A stretch of DNA of 64,000 nt from Camelus ferus (Eukaryota), in contig NC_045698.1 of assembly GCF_009834535.1 (NCBI RefSeq), positions 11,286,001-11,350,000 on the forward strand, given 5' to 3'. Both the position numbers and the translations under genes were made by a program. The notes below the pieces were generated by a model that searched no databases, had not been told where the DNA came from, and saw nothing but the letters and a program-made list of their open reading frames with translations. Below, one piece after another: positions 1-11,530 of the stretch. Numbering within the stretch: position 1 is the first letter of the stretch; the number at the start of each line of letters is the position of its first letter.

Positions 1-433
1 TACAAAATGTTGGCCATATTCCCCATGTTGTACAATACATCCTTGAGTCTGTTGCTAATCATTTGGAAATGCAAGTCAAAATCACAATGAACTATCACCT
101 CACACCTGTCAGAATGGTTATTGTCAAAAATAATACAAATAACCAGTGTTGGTGAGTATGTGGAGAAAAAGGAACCCTCATACACTGTTGGTGGGAATGT
201 AAATTGTTGCAACCACTGTGGAAAACAGTATGGAGGTTTCTAAAAAAACTAAAAATAGAACTACCATATGACCTAGGAATGAAATTCCTGGGTATATATT
301 AAAAAAACCCAAAAAACAAAAAACCCACTAATTCAAAAAGGTCCATATACCCTGATGTAACAACAGCATTATTTACAATGCCAAGATATGGAAACCATCT
401 AAATGTCCATCAACAGATGAATCCATAAAGATG

Positions 434-506
<73 letters not shown>

Positions 507-779
507 AATACTACTTGACCATAAAAAAGAATGAAATTTTGCCATTTGCAGCAACATGGACGAACTTGGAAGGCATTATGCTGAGTGGTAAATGTCAGAC
601 AGAGAAAGACAAATACTGTATGATATCACTTATATGTCGAATCTAAAAAATACAACAAACTAGTGAATATAACAAAAAAGAAGCAGACTCACAGATGCAG
701 AGAACAAACTAGTGGTTACCAGTGGGAAGGGCAGTCAATCTGGAGTATGGGAGGGGGAGGTATAAACTATTGGGTGTAA
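1..779 (-). mobile_element. L1 3' end with 5' inversion (1-50 minus-strand 3'UTR; 51-779 inverted ORF2 C-terminus/3'UTR); element continues left of the window
   Basis: 51-779 reads as L1 ORF2 end (aaggaaccctcatacactgttggtgggaatgtaaatt; FAATWTNLEGIMLS in ORF 431..646). The reverse complement of 1-50 (cagactcaaggatgtattgtacaacatggggaata) is the L1 3'UTR segment that normally follows 779. Confidence 0.85.
435..504. repeat. (CA)35 perfect microsatellite inside L1
   Basis: 70 bp of uninterrupted CA; explains the HTHT ORF. Confidence 0.98.
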
Positions 780-780
780 T

Positions 781-3700
781 GAATAAGTTTTCTTTTAATC
801 TTCGTTTGCTGAGAGTTTTTATTATGAATGGATGTTGGATTTTGTCAAATGCTTTTTTTGGCCAGTATTGATCATCTATTGAGATGATCATCTGGTTTTT
901 ATTTTTCAGTTTTATGAATTAATTAATCACTTTTTGAGTGTTGAACCAATTTTCTATTCCTGGGGAAAAAGCCACTTGCTCATGATGGATTATCCTTTTA
1001 CATTTTACTGGATTTAATTTGTTATTTTGTTAAGGAGTTTTTTTTTTAAATCCATGTTTGTTTGTGAGGGATTTTGGTCTGTCATTTTTCTTATCTTGAA
1101 CTATCTTTGGTTTTGGTGTAAGGATAATGCTGAGCTCCTAACATGTGTTGAGAAGCATTCTTTTATCCTATATTTTCTGGGAGAACTTGTGTCTAGCTGG
1201 TATTATTTCTTTCTTTTTTTTTTTTTAATGTTTGCTTGGCTTCATTTGTTAAGCATTCTGGACCTGAAGTTTTCTTTGTGGAAATATCTTTTAACTATAA
1301 ATTTAGTTTAATGGTTAAATGGCTAATAAGGTTCTTCAAAGAAATTTGGTAATTCATGTTTCTCACGAAATTTTTCAGTTTCATCCATTTTATCAAAATT
1401 ATTGGCCCAAAGATTCTCAAAATATTATCTTATTATTCTTTCAAGTCTGAAAGATCTGCAATAATGTGTCCTCTTTTGTTACTGATATTGGTAATTCTTT
1501 CATGGTTTCTCTCTCTTCCTCTTTTCCTTTTGGCCTCTCAGCATATCAGTCTGGCTAAAGGTTTAGCAATTTTACTGATCTTTTTAAAGGATGAGATTTT
1601 GTCGCTTTGTTATTTTGCCATTTCAGTTGTATTGACTTAAGCTCTTACAGTCATTCTTTCTTTCTTTCTTCTTACTTGGGGTTTAATTTGCTTTTCTTTT
1701 TCTAGTAACTTGATGTAGATACTTAAATTATTGATTTAAGAGCCTTCTTTTCTGATGTCAGTGTTTGATGGCATAAACAACCTCTAATCACTGCCTGAGC
1801 TGCATCCCACAAGTTTTGATATGTATATTTTTATTTTCAATTCATTCCAAATATTTTTTGATTTTGCTTGTGACTTCTCATGTGTTGTTCTTTCTAAATA
1901 CTTTCTTATTTTTTTTCTGTTTATAAAAATATTGGGATTTTTCCATTCTTTCAGTTATTGTCTTCTAGTTTAATTCCAATGTCATTAGGAAATGTACTTT
2001 GTATGATTTCACTTGTTTTAAATTTGCTAAGATTTGTTTTATGACAGAGTGTTTTCTGTTGGCAAAAGTTTTGTGTGCTCTTCAATATATATTTAGCTAT
2101 TTTTGGTTTGAATGTTCTTTAAATGTAAATTAGGTCAATTAAGTGAATAGTATTGTTCAAATCTTCTGTATCCCCACTAGTTTTTATGGACTTGTTCTAT
2201 CAATTACTAAGAAAGGGGTGTTGAAGTCTCTTTGTAAACTATGGATTTTTCAATTTCTCTTTGCAGACCTGTTAGGTGTTGCTTCATATGTTTTGAACCT
2301 CTGCTGTTGCAAGCATACACACTTAGGATTATTGTGTCTTCTTAGTGAATTAGTGCTTCATAAAATGTCCCTCTCTATCTCTGGTAATATTCCTTTATCT
2401 GAAATCTGCTTTGCCTGATAAGTAATACAGTCATTCAGAGTTCCTTTTGATTAGTTTTTACATCCATTTTCTGTAACCTATCTATGTCTTTTTACTTAGG
2501 TGGATTTCTTACATACGTCATATAGTTTGGATCTTAGTTAAAAAAATCCCTTTATTGTTTCTTCATTATATTTTTTCTAATTGGGGTTTTCACACTATTT
2601 ATGTTTAATGTACTTGTTTATGTGATTGGTTTCATATCTACTATCTTCTTAGTTGTTTTGTTTTAATCCCATTTGTTTCTCTTTCCTTTCTCCCTCTTTC
2701 TGCCTTCTTTTGTGTTGCTTTGTTGTTTTTTTTTTTTTGTATGATTCATCTTATCGCTACTCTTGTTTTTCCATTATCTCTCGTTTTAAATTCTTTATTG
2801 GAGGGGGGACTCTCTAGGGTTTACAGAATACATAATTAACTCATTGCAGTCTACCTTCATTTAATACTATAGGGTTTTATAGATAGTGTAAGAACCTTGA
2901 ACATCTCTTTCCTCTCTCTTATCCTTTGTGCTATTGTGGCCATGTATTTCATTCCCTTATACATATGTTATAAACCCACAAACCATGTAATTCTGTTGCT
3001 CAGACGTTCAGTTAACGTTAGAAGTGATTAAAAATAAGAAAAATACCTTTTAATATTGACCTTCACTTTTATCTTTTATGTAGTTTGCCGTTACCTTTTA
3101 AAGGTTCAAAGTTTCATGAAGTATTGTGCCTTCTTTCTGAAGAACTTCCTTAAACATGTTATGTTGTTTTTGGTTTACACCTTGATAATAAGTTCTTTCA
3201 GCTTTTGTTTGGCTAATAAAGTTTTTACTGTGACTTCATTTATGAAAGGTGTTTTCACAGGGTAGGGGGTTCTGGGCTGACTATTTTTCTTTAGTGCATT
3301 AAGGATGTTACTTTATTGTGTTCTGCCTTGCATGGCATCTGGCAAGAAGTTTTTGACATTTCTATCTCAGTATGTTAAAATAGCTTTCTCCCTTCAGTGG
3401 CTTAAGGCTTATACTTTTAATAAAAGTAAGATTCAGAACAATGGGGAATGTTCCATGCCTGACCCCAGCAGTAGCTGAGAAGAGGTGTCTCCATTCTCCC
3501 AATCTGCCCCCAGTTTTTACCGTGAGCATCTGGTGGAAGCCAGCAGTAAAAAGGCATATTAATGAGTGAAACTCTGCTGGTCTTTTGGACTTTTCAGCTA
3601 TTGTAAGCCAACCCCCTAGTCTAGACGTGGTCTTTAAGACTCCATTGCACTTGTAGCTGATTTCTTCTTACTTACTTGCATGGTGGCCACCACTTCCTCC

Positions 3701-3850
3701 CATGCTCTGCCATAGGCTGTCTCCTGTCTCTTTAGAAATCAATTTCGGCTGCTTTATGAGCTCACTTCTCAGATGAGGATCGCAGTTTTCTGGCCTTTTC
3801 TCATGGCTACGGGAGAAACAACATTATTTTGCAACTTTTTGCATCCTAAT
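781..3850 (-). mobile_element. Old, degraded L1 (L1M/L1MD-like): ORF2 5' part through 5'UTR-like remnants
   Basis: Minus ORF 709..891 contains the L1 RT motif KAFDKIQHPFIIKTLSK; long T-rich L1-antisense texture; 3450-3850 resembles old L1 5' region. Confidence 0.8.
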
Positions 3851-4039
3851 TTGCTATGGTTTTGAAGCTGTCTGCCTATCCTGGATGCTCTTTTCTGAAC
3901 AGATTTCAATTTGTTTACAGTCCACTTAAATTACCCCAAATAAAAATAATGCTTCAGGTGAACAGAGTATTGTAGGGCATATCCATTGCTATATCCTTGT
4001 CAGTGTCATTTCAACTTTTATTACACCATGAGTATCATT

Positions 4040-4700
4040 GGATCATAATGTGTTTACTGTCAAAATATCTGCCAAGTCTTTTTCATACATCCTGCCATTG
4101 CTAAGCCATTTCTTCCCAACTCTGTATTTTAAACTGTTTTTTTGATCCTTTGAGCAACGTTTTACAAATTGTGATTTTACGTTATAGTTTGGGAATTAAT
4201 ATAATCTCTTCAGACTACCCAGATTTGGGAGATCCTGATCTTTTATTCAACAGAGTTGCTGTTCCTTCAGTTAGTCACGGATGAAACTTGACTAGGTCAC
4301 AGTTGAGTCCAAAGTGAGATCGGCTAGAAATACCTCCTCCCAAATTTGACATCCATTCATGAATTGGTACGTTCAACTTGATAAAGTCCACTTAAATGCT
4401 CTTGTCTTTATCATTTATTTTTCTTGGTCACACGATTGATTACATTATCCCCTTAATAATCCATATTAATAGCCATAGTCTGGAAAGGGCACATGCTCAT
4501 TTTTTGAAAATCATAACAACATCTGTCCATTTATTGTCATATTCTTCTGGCATCCTTTTCATTTTTTATAATTATTCCAGCATCGTGTTCAGTGATTTTT
4601 AGGTACATGTTTTATTGGTATTCTGGGACATTTTAAACCTGACGCAGAAAACTGGAACTCCCTTGGGTCATAGAGCAGCTAGTCTTGTGTTGTTTTTCTC
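4040..4700 (-). mobile_element. L3/CR1 LINE fossil
   Basis: aagtctttttcatacatcctgccattgctaagccatttcttcccaactctgtatttt and gatcctgatcttttattcaacagagttgctgttcc resemble the antisense L3 RT consensus. Confidence 0.6.
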
Positions 4701-5175
4701 TTGTTTGGATTCATATGCATTTACCTATATTTGTTCACCATTTTTAAGTGGTGGTTCACATGCATTGTCAGGGAAAACAAAAATAATGTAGGAGATCTCT
4801 CTTTGCCGTTTCTTATTTTCTGTTGGCTCTCAGCACAGCTTTTAGCCCTGACATCTTCATTGATCATTTATTAATTTGACATTAAGTCTTTGATTTTAAC
4901 CTCAGTACTCTTTTACAAGTTACATTATGACTTTGTTTGTAAGATTACTCTATGGTAAAAATTCAGACTTCCCTATGTACCTTGTTCTAACTTTTTATCA
5001 AATAAAAGAGAAAATTTATGGGACTATATTGATGGACTACAGTAAATTCTAGTTGCTCGTTCATCATATTGGAAGCTTAGGGATAAATGGTAGTAAATAT
5101 GTACTAACAGCAACGTATAGACTGGATGAAGCAGGCGCTCCATTTGAAGTGTATTCTTTTTTTCCCTTTTTATAG

Positions 5176-5269
5176 TTATAATGACTGCCAGAATGTTGAT
5201 CAAACTTAATTTAAATACATTTGTTTTGGGCCAATTCCACCTGATGGAATCAAAGCTTCACTGTCTGAA
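5176..5269 (+). other. Candidate short exon (unverified)
   Basis: Long polypyrimidine tract ending TAG at 5175; donor GAA|GTAAGT at 5270; 94 bp. Confidence 0.25.
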
Positions 5270-5789
5270 GTAAGTAGACAGTGGCAGGAAAGAAAACACC
5301 ATTAAATGGTAGCCTACTAGCTGCAGAGCTCTAGTTTCTCAAACTTGAACCTCTTATTCCTGGAAAAGAGGACTGTAGTTGATAAACTTCAGCAGCGTTT
5401 CCTGGAAGTTAGAGTGAGACTCAGTTGTTGCATTTCATTTGGGTACCACTTCAGTTCGTCGACGGAAGTGGGCTGGCCAGTTTGCTCTCTGTTGACCAAG
5501 GCTGTGTCTGGCGGGCTCGGCAGTGTAGTTGCCAATTTGGCTTTCACATCACACACATCTGTTATTTTCTTCTCCAGACCTGCTTCCCTTTTGTACTTCA
5601 TCTCTCCCTTTACATCTAGATTCAAACCATCTTCCAAACTTAAAAATCTCAGTCTTGACTCCTCCTTCCTGTGTGCCAACCTTCAGATGATATCTAGGCC
5701 TTTGAGTCTCCCAAAGAGCCCTGAAATCTGTTCTTTCTCCCCTTCATTCCAACCCTTAGACCTTTGATTTGGGCCCCATTCCTCTAGCC

Positions 5790-5960
5790 TGTAGGAGCCT
5801 TTCATCTGGGTTTAAATATCTGCCCTGAAATTGTGTAATGTGAGAGGAATAATGTCTTTGAGCCTCTGTTTTCCTCCTCTTAAAAATGTCAACAGTAATA
5901 ATACCTATTTCCCAGGTAGCTGGAAGTGTTCTGTGAGCACAGTAACCAGGCTAGTAATGA
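5790..5960 (+). mobile_element. MIR SINE fragment (within L2 remnants 5560-6130)
   Basis: ctgggtttaaatatctgccc ... tctttgagcctctgttttcctcctcttaaaaatg ... aataatacctattt matches MIR B-box/core. Confidence 0.55.
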
Positions 5961-6289
5961 ACATTCCATTATTTGTATCATCACTGCTGCCACTTCCATT
6001 ATCATCCCCCACCCCATACTGCAAATACAATCTGATCAGTCATCTCTCTACTTAAAATCTACCAGGGGCTCTCATCAGCTACAAAAGCCAATTCTCACTT
6101 CTTAATGAGGCATAAGTGACGCTCTCAATCTTGACTCTCTTTAAAGCCACACCCCTGGACGCATTAAGCTGTTATTTCTGTCCTTGTCTTTCTACCCGCT
6201 AATTGAAACGTTCATATTCCCCTTTTCTACTGACCAGCTCCTACTTTTTTCCTCAAGATTGTATCAGAGCTCTCCGGTTACTTCTCAGT

Positions 6290-6725
6290 GTCCATTCCCC
6301 TGCTTCTTTAGTGGTAGAACTTCTAAATTATGGCATGTTTTCATGGGAACCTGTTTTCTTGGAATAAAGAATACATTTTCCAGAAACTTGGTATGACCAT
6401 GTGACTAAGTTGTGCCCAGTGTTCAGTAAATGACATTGCACATGTGCCTTCTGGAGGAGATCATTAAAGGGAAGGAGCATGCCCATTTCTTTATCCTTTC
6501 TTTCTTAGTGTCGACTGATGGCTGGATCTTGAGCAGCCATCTTAGAGCCTGAGGTGGAAAGTCATATTTGAAAGGTGGCAGCACAGAAAGATAGAAGCAA
6601 CTTGTATCCCATCTGTCCTGTCCTACTAACCTCCTGGCTGTTAATATGATTAAAAAGCCCAACAATGTACCCAATTTATACTGCAATTTTAGGACTTCTA
6701 CTATTTGTAGCAGAACTCATTTCTA
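6290..6725 (+). mobile_element. MLT1 (MaLR, J/K-like) solo LTR
   Basis: ccatgtgactaagttgtgcccagt, gatggctggatcttgagcagccatctt and terminal tatttgtagcagaactcatttctaa typical of old MLT1. Confidence 0.65.
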
Positions 6726-6829
6726 AAAGATTGAAGACCTAGCTCAAGAGTCATTCTTCAGCTATGCACTCAAAACCTTTTGTGTATCCTACAGTTATAT
6801 TTCATATCAAATGACATATCTATGCTTCA

Positions 6830-6970
6830 TTCAGTTCTCTCATCTGTAAAAGAAGGATGAAAATAGAAGAGCCTCCGCCTGAGGCTTGTTACCTTGAATA
6901 ACTGAGACAATGCATATAAAATGCTCAGGACCATATCTTACTTAGCGTAAGGGATCAATAAATATGGAGG
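6830..6970 (+). mobile_element. MIR SINE
   Basis: cagttctctcatctgtaaaag core and 3' tcaataaatatgg end. Confidence 0.65.
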
Positions 6971-7187
6971 CTTTATTGACATTGTTCTTGTTGTTTCTGT
7001 CACTGCCATTTCTGCATCACACACTAGAGAACGACCTCTTCAAAATCTGGATCTTTGTTCTCCCAATGTTCTAGCTCAGGTTTTGGCGCATTAAGCAGAT
7101 GTTAATGAAATGCCCTCTGTCAAATGAATTAAAGAAAATGAATGGAACTTGTCAGAGCACTGAAGTGTAGAATTTTAACGCATAATA

Positions 7188-7612
7188 TGGTAGCCGGGAA
7201 AATGCAATTCTCAGATGTCTTACTGAGGGAAGCATGATTGACTGATGGCTCCAAGTACTGTGCTCTGACCCATCACTGCACTTACCCTAAGGCTCTGCTT
7301 CCCGTGGCTGCTCCCAGCCAATGACCGACCCTACAGGGATACCAGGTGAGACACAGGACTGCTCTATTTTGGCTCTTGGATTCCTCCCTCTTGGCTTTGC
7401 CAAAACTTTTTAAAAACTATGCTACACTGCAGTTTAAGACTCTTTCTACCTTCCTTCTTCCCATCTCTGCTTCACAAGCATCAGGCATCTTGTTCTGACA
7501 ACTCTCCCTGTATCCTCCAGCTATTTTCACCTTTTTTCCTTGCAGGTACATTTCCCAATAAATTACTTGCACATCTAATCCTGTATATTTCTCGGAGGAA
7601 CCAAACTGACAT
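7188..7612 (+). mobile_element. LTR16-like (ERVL) solo LTR
   Basis: gattgactgatggctccaagtactgtgctctga and 3' tcccaataaattacttgcacatctaatcctg...ggaaccaaactgaca resemble the LTR16 family; AATAAA near 7557. Confidence 0.6.
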
Positions 7613-7679
7613 ATACAGTGGTCATTATTCATATCAATTTAGATTAAGAAAGGAGGCTTGTTTATATAAACTTCAATAT

Positions 7680-8005
7680 TGTAGTAAATCATTGTTTCAA
7701 AGCATTTGCTGCCCCTTCTTGATGGAGGACTATGCATCCCTCTTCATCAGTGCCAAGCTTGGTCACGTCATTTCTTCTGCTAATGAAATCTGAGTAGAAG
7801 TGATGTTTCTTCCACGTGGAAACTTTGAGACAGACATCTTTTGGTTTGTCTGTTCTCCTTTCTCTGTGCCACAAAGATCACAGTGCATCCAGACAGAGAC
7901 TGCCATGAGGGTATGGTCTGCAGTAGACATACAGCATGTGTAACGAGTAAGCTTGTATTATTCATGTTTGTTATTGCAGCATAACCTTGCCTAAATAGAT
8001 TGATA
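7680..8005 (+). mobile_element. MLT1 (I/H-like) solo LTR
   Basis: cttggtcacgtcatttcttctgctaatgaaatctgagtagaagtgatg and terminal tttgttattgcagcataaccttgcct. Confidence 0.65.
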
Positions 8006-8218
8006 TGTGTGTTGAATTTTAATTTAGTAGAGCAATCAGCTCTAACAGTCTACATTAAGAGCTGAAAGCGTGACCATTCCATCTGAATCAGGCCAAGAAC
8101 TTAGTTGAAGTTTCCTGTGAAAGTAAAAGTAACTGATAAAATTTATGATTTTACTATTGATCATATGGATGTTTCTTTGGTACATCTCTCTCACTTAAAA
8201 TTAAGAAGTCTTTCTCCA

Positions 8219-8942
8219 AAAGGGAACTCTCCTACAGTGCTGGTGGGAATGTAGTTTGGTGCAACCACTTTGGAAAACAGTATGGAGATTCCTCAAAAAA
8301 CTAAAAATAGACTTACCATATGATCCAGCAATCCCACTTCTGGGTATATATCTGGAGGAAACTCTAATTCAAAAAGGTATGTGCACCCCAAGGTTCACAG
8401 CAGCACTATATACAATAGCCAAGACGTGGAAGCAATGTAAATGTCCATGGACAGATGACTGAATAAAGAAGTATATTTATACTACAGAATACTACTCAGC
8501 CATAAAAAAGAATAAAACAGTGCCATTTGCAGCAACATGGATGGACCTAGAGATCGTCATTCTCAGGGAAGTAAGCCTGAAAAAGAAAGAAAAATAGCAT
8601 CTGGTATCACTTATATATGAAATCTAAAAAAAAAAAAAAAAGGCACACTATGAACTCATCTATAAAACAGAAACAAACTCACGCAGACATAGTAAACAAT
8701 CTTATGGCTACTAGGGAAAGGGGGTAGGAAGGGGTAAATTTGGAAGTTTGAGATTTGCAAATGTTAGCCACTATATACAAAAATAGATTAAAAATAAGTT
8801 TCTTCTGTATAGCACAGGGAACTATGTTCAATATCTTGTAATAACCTTTAGTAAAAAATATGAAAATGAATATATGTATGTATATGCATGACTGGGACAT
8901 TGTGCTGTACACCAGAAACTGACACATTGTAACTTAAAAAAA
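8219..8942 (+). mobile_element. Young 5'-truncated L1 (ORF2 C-terminus + 3'UTR + polyA) with 16-bp TSD
   Basis: ORF 8256..8462 ([31 protein letters not shown]) is L1 ORF2. TSD aagaagtctttctcca (8203-8218) / aagaagtccttctcca (8943-8958); TT|AAGA endonuclease site. Confidence 0.95.
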
Positions 8943-11059
8943 AAGAAGTCCTTCTCCATATTTTCACATTTGTTTTTGTGCTAGGTTTTAGGTCACCTGA
9001 CTACTTCCTCTAAGATTTCCTTCAGTGCATCAGAACCATCCCACTGGTCAGTGGACACAACATATAGCGCAGATCTTTAGTTTACTATGTATCCTGACCA
9101 CAGTCAAAGTCAAAGGAATAAACAACTTATTTGTAATTTCCAAAAAGTTCCTCATCTTTGTACATATATAGCCCTGCTCCTTCTTATCCTGTCCTTTATC
9201 TGATGCGCAATTCTCCCCAAACTTACCCTCTGACCTTACTCCAAGGTGGAGCTGAGTGGAAAGTAGTACTTTGCATTCTCCTTTAGTTACTGTTTTACTT
9301 CATTTGCATAGATCTTCTTCCCTTATTATCGTGATAAGGGAGCCTCCAAGAGTCAAGGTTGAGAGTCATGCATGTTTTGTTCAATTTCAGCAGGATCTTT
9401 GCTCCACTTGAACAATTTCAAGTGTGTTCTCTGCCCCTTCTGTTGTGATTGAAAGAATGCAAAGTTTCTGTGGCTCTCTGCTTTTTATTTTGTCTGCTTT
9501 TCAGTGTGGTTCTATGATCTCCTAGAACAAAATACTCTTTCCTAAACTCATTAACGAAATCTCTTTAATTTCACCTAACCCTGATACCATCTTCTCCAGT
9601 ACAATCAATTCCAATTAAATCAATAATGCCACACTCAGCAGTATTTTTTCTGAAAGTTTTGCCCATATTTTTAAATTTAATCCTCTGCTGTGTTAGAAGT
9701 ACAATGTAAAAACAGAAATTATTTTCTTTTTAAATGAATATTAGGTTGGATTAATGAATACTTGAAATTTTTAGGACTCATGATTAAAAGGTTCCCGACT
9801 CTGACTTTGGGTTTGAGATGAAACTGACTGCTCTGTGCCTCCAGATGACTCATCTTTAGGTTCAGTGACCAAGGAAATGAGTAGCTGTGATCACTGGCCA
9901 CGGGTTCCAGAGTTATGTTAGGTGTGGTCCATTTGAGAGCTCAGTGCTGAATTGGAAACAAGAAAGATGTTTAGATGGCTTGGTTCATTCAACAATATGA
10001 ATATCCAGCTTTGATTTCTAGGGTCATTTTGAAGGCCTGGTCTGCTCTATTAATGAGGATGTGTGCAGAGAGAAATATAGAACCTTTTTAAAGCATTTTG
10101 AGTGCTTTGAGTCAGCAAGGCATCTTATTAACAGAAGTCTCTTTTGCCTGTAAGTGTTTATAGAAAGTTTGAAACTAGCCCTGTTGGTAGGAGCTACTAA
10201 TGTTAATAATATTAGCTTCTATACCAATGATCTTAAACTTGGGGGAAAAAAAAACCCTGAATTCATGCCATGACTAAACTCTGGGTTGTGTCGATAACAG
10301 GGACCCCTATTTTTCTTACCTTTTAGGGAAAGAGAAAGCCATGGTTATCTTTACATATATATTGCTTAGCTATATAAAAATACAACAAAGAGGGATATTT
10401 CAAGACATCTTAATGTCTCTAAATGGATTTCTTCCAGGAACATTAGCAAGTAATGCCTTTAAACTACTTGAAAGAGGTATTATTTTAAAGAGCTTTAACT
10501 CTTTGAAATATCCTTAGAGTTTGTTTTATGTGGTTGAAACACTTTTGGCCAGTATTACGTTTCTTTTTCCTCCTGTTTAAAGTTAGATGTATTAACAGTG
10601 TTTTCATTTAGTTTCTAAAAATGATTGTGTTTTCGTCGAGAGATTTTATGCTGGAAATAACGTTCTAGGAGGTCTTTTAAAATCTGAAATTGTAAATTCA
10701 AAACTGATTTTGTAATTTATTTTCCTAAATTTAATTCTTGCCAGTACCTGTCCTTTTTTTTTTTTTTTTCCTATTTTGGAAAATGTATTTGATTGCTATT
10801 TTTAGCCTCTTTTGAATGTTCTACCAGATTTTCCAGATGATCCAAATATGACTTGAGAGAAATACTGAAAGGAAATTGAATGGAGTTTCCTTGAGCTTTT
10901 AAAATTCATTGAACTTAGAGAAAAATGCTAAATAATCTGACTGAATAATACTCATTCTCATTGATGACTTATAATACTTTAGAAGTACAGTCATCTATTA
11001 ATCATTTAGTTAGCAGAGTAAAGTTTTGGAATGAGTCTTAGTGACTATACTGATGGTAA

Positions 11060-11530
11060 ACATTGATCATAAAACGTAGAAACAAATTTCTAAGCATATA
11101 TTATTCTTCAACATGAATTTTGTCCTTTGGAGTAGTCACATGGTAAGAATTGCACTGATTCCATCATGTTACCTCTGCTTAAACAATTTTGGGTCTCATT
11201 GGAATTGTCTTTAGACTCTACACCACAGAATAAAATTAATCGTACTCTTAGGTATATTTCATTTTTGACCCCTAATTGTATCCCCAAGCCTGATCATTTT
11301 ATTTGTACATCTTGGCTCCTCGTTATTTTTGTAGTATTCAGTAAACACATCTTTAAAGAACAGAGGTTTATGTTTTAAATGTTTTAAACTTTGAAATTCC
11401 AAAAGGAAGAAGTCCAAAAAAATATGTGACTCAATGGCCGCATACTGGGAAAAGCATGTAATTCCTTGAGTGAATCACCTTGCAAGTGAGAACATGCATT
11501 TGGATATAAGTCTGGCATGCTGGGGAGATC
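11060..11530. mobile_element. MARNA-like mariner DNA-transposon fossil
   Basis: agtagtcacatgg...ttggaattgtcttta and aattccaaaaggaagaagtccaaaaaaata...catttggatataag resemble the MARNA consensus, including its internal inverted segments. Confidence 0.55.

Noticed and set aside
431..646. His-Thr repeat ORF
   Set aside because: Translation of the (CA)35 microsatellite fused to an L1 ORF2 remnant.
5345..5767. Overlapping 140-aa (+) and 96-aa (-) ORFs
   Set aside because: Non-ATG starts, no recognisable domain, and partial overlap with L2-like remnants; consistent with chance.
10022..10149. Exon-like segment with an open frame (GHFEGLVCSINEDVCREK...)
   Set aside because: Weak donor context (CCT|GTAAGT), short pyrimidine tract and unrecognised peptide.
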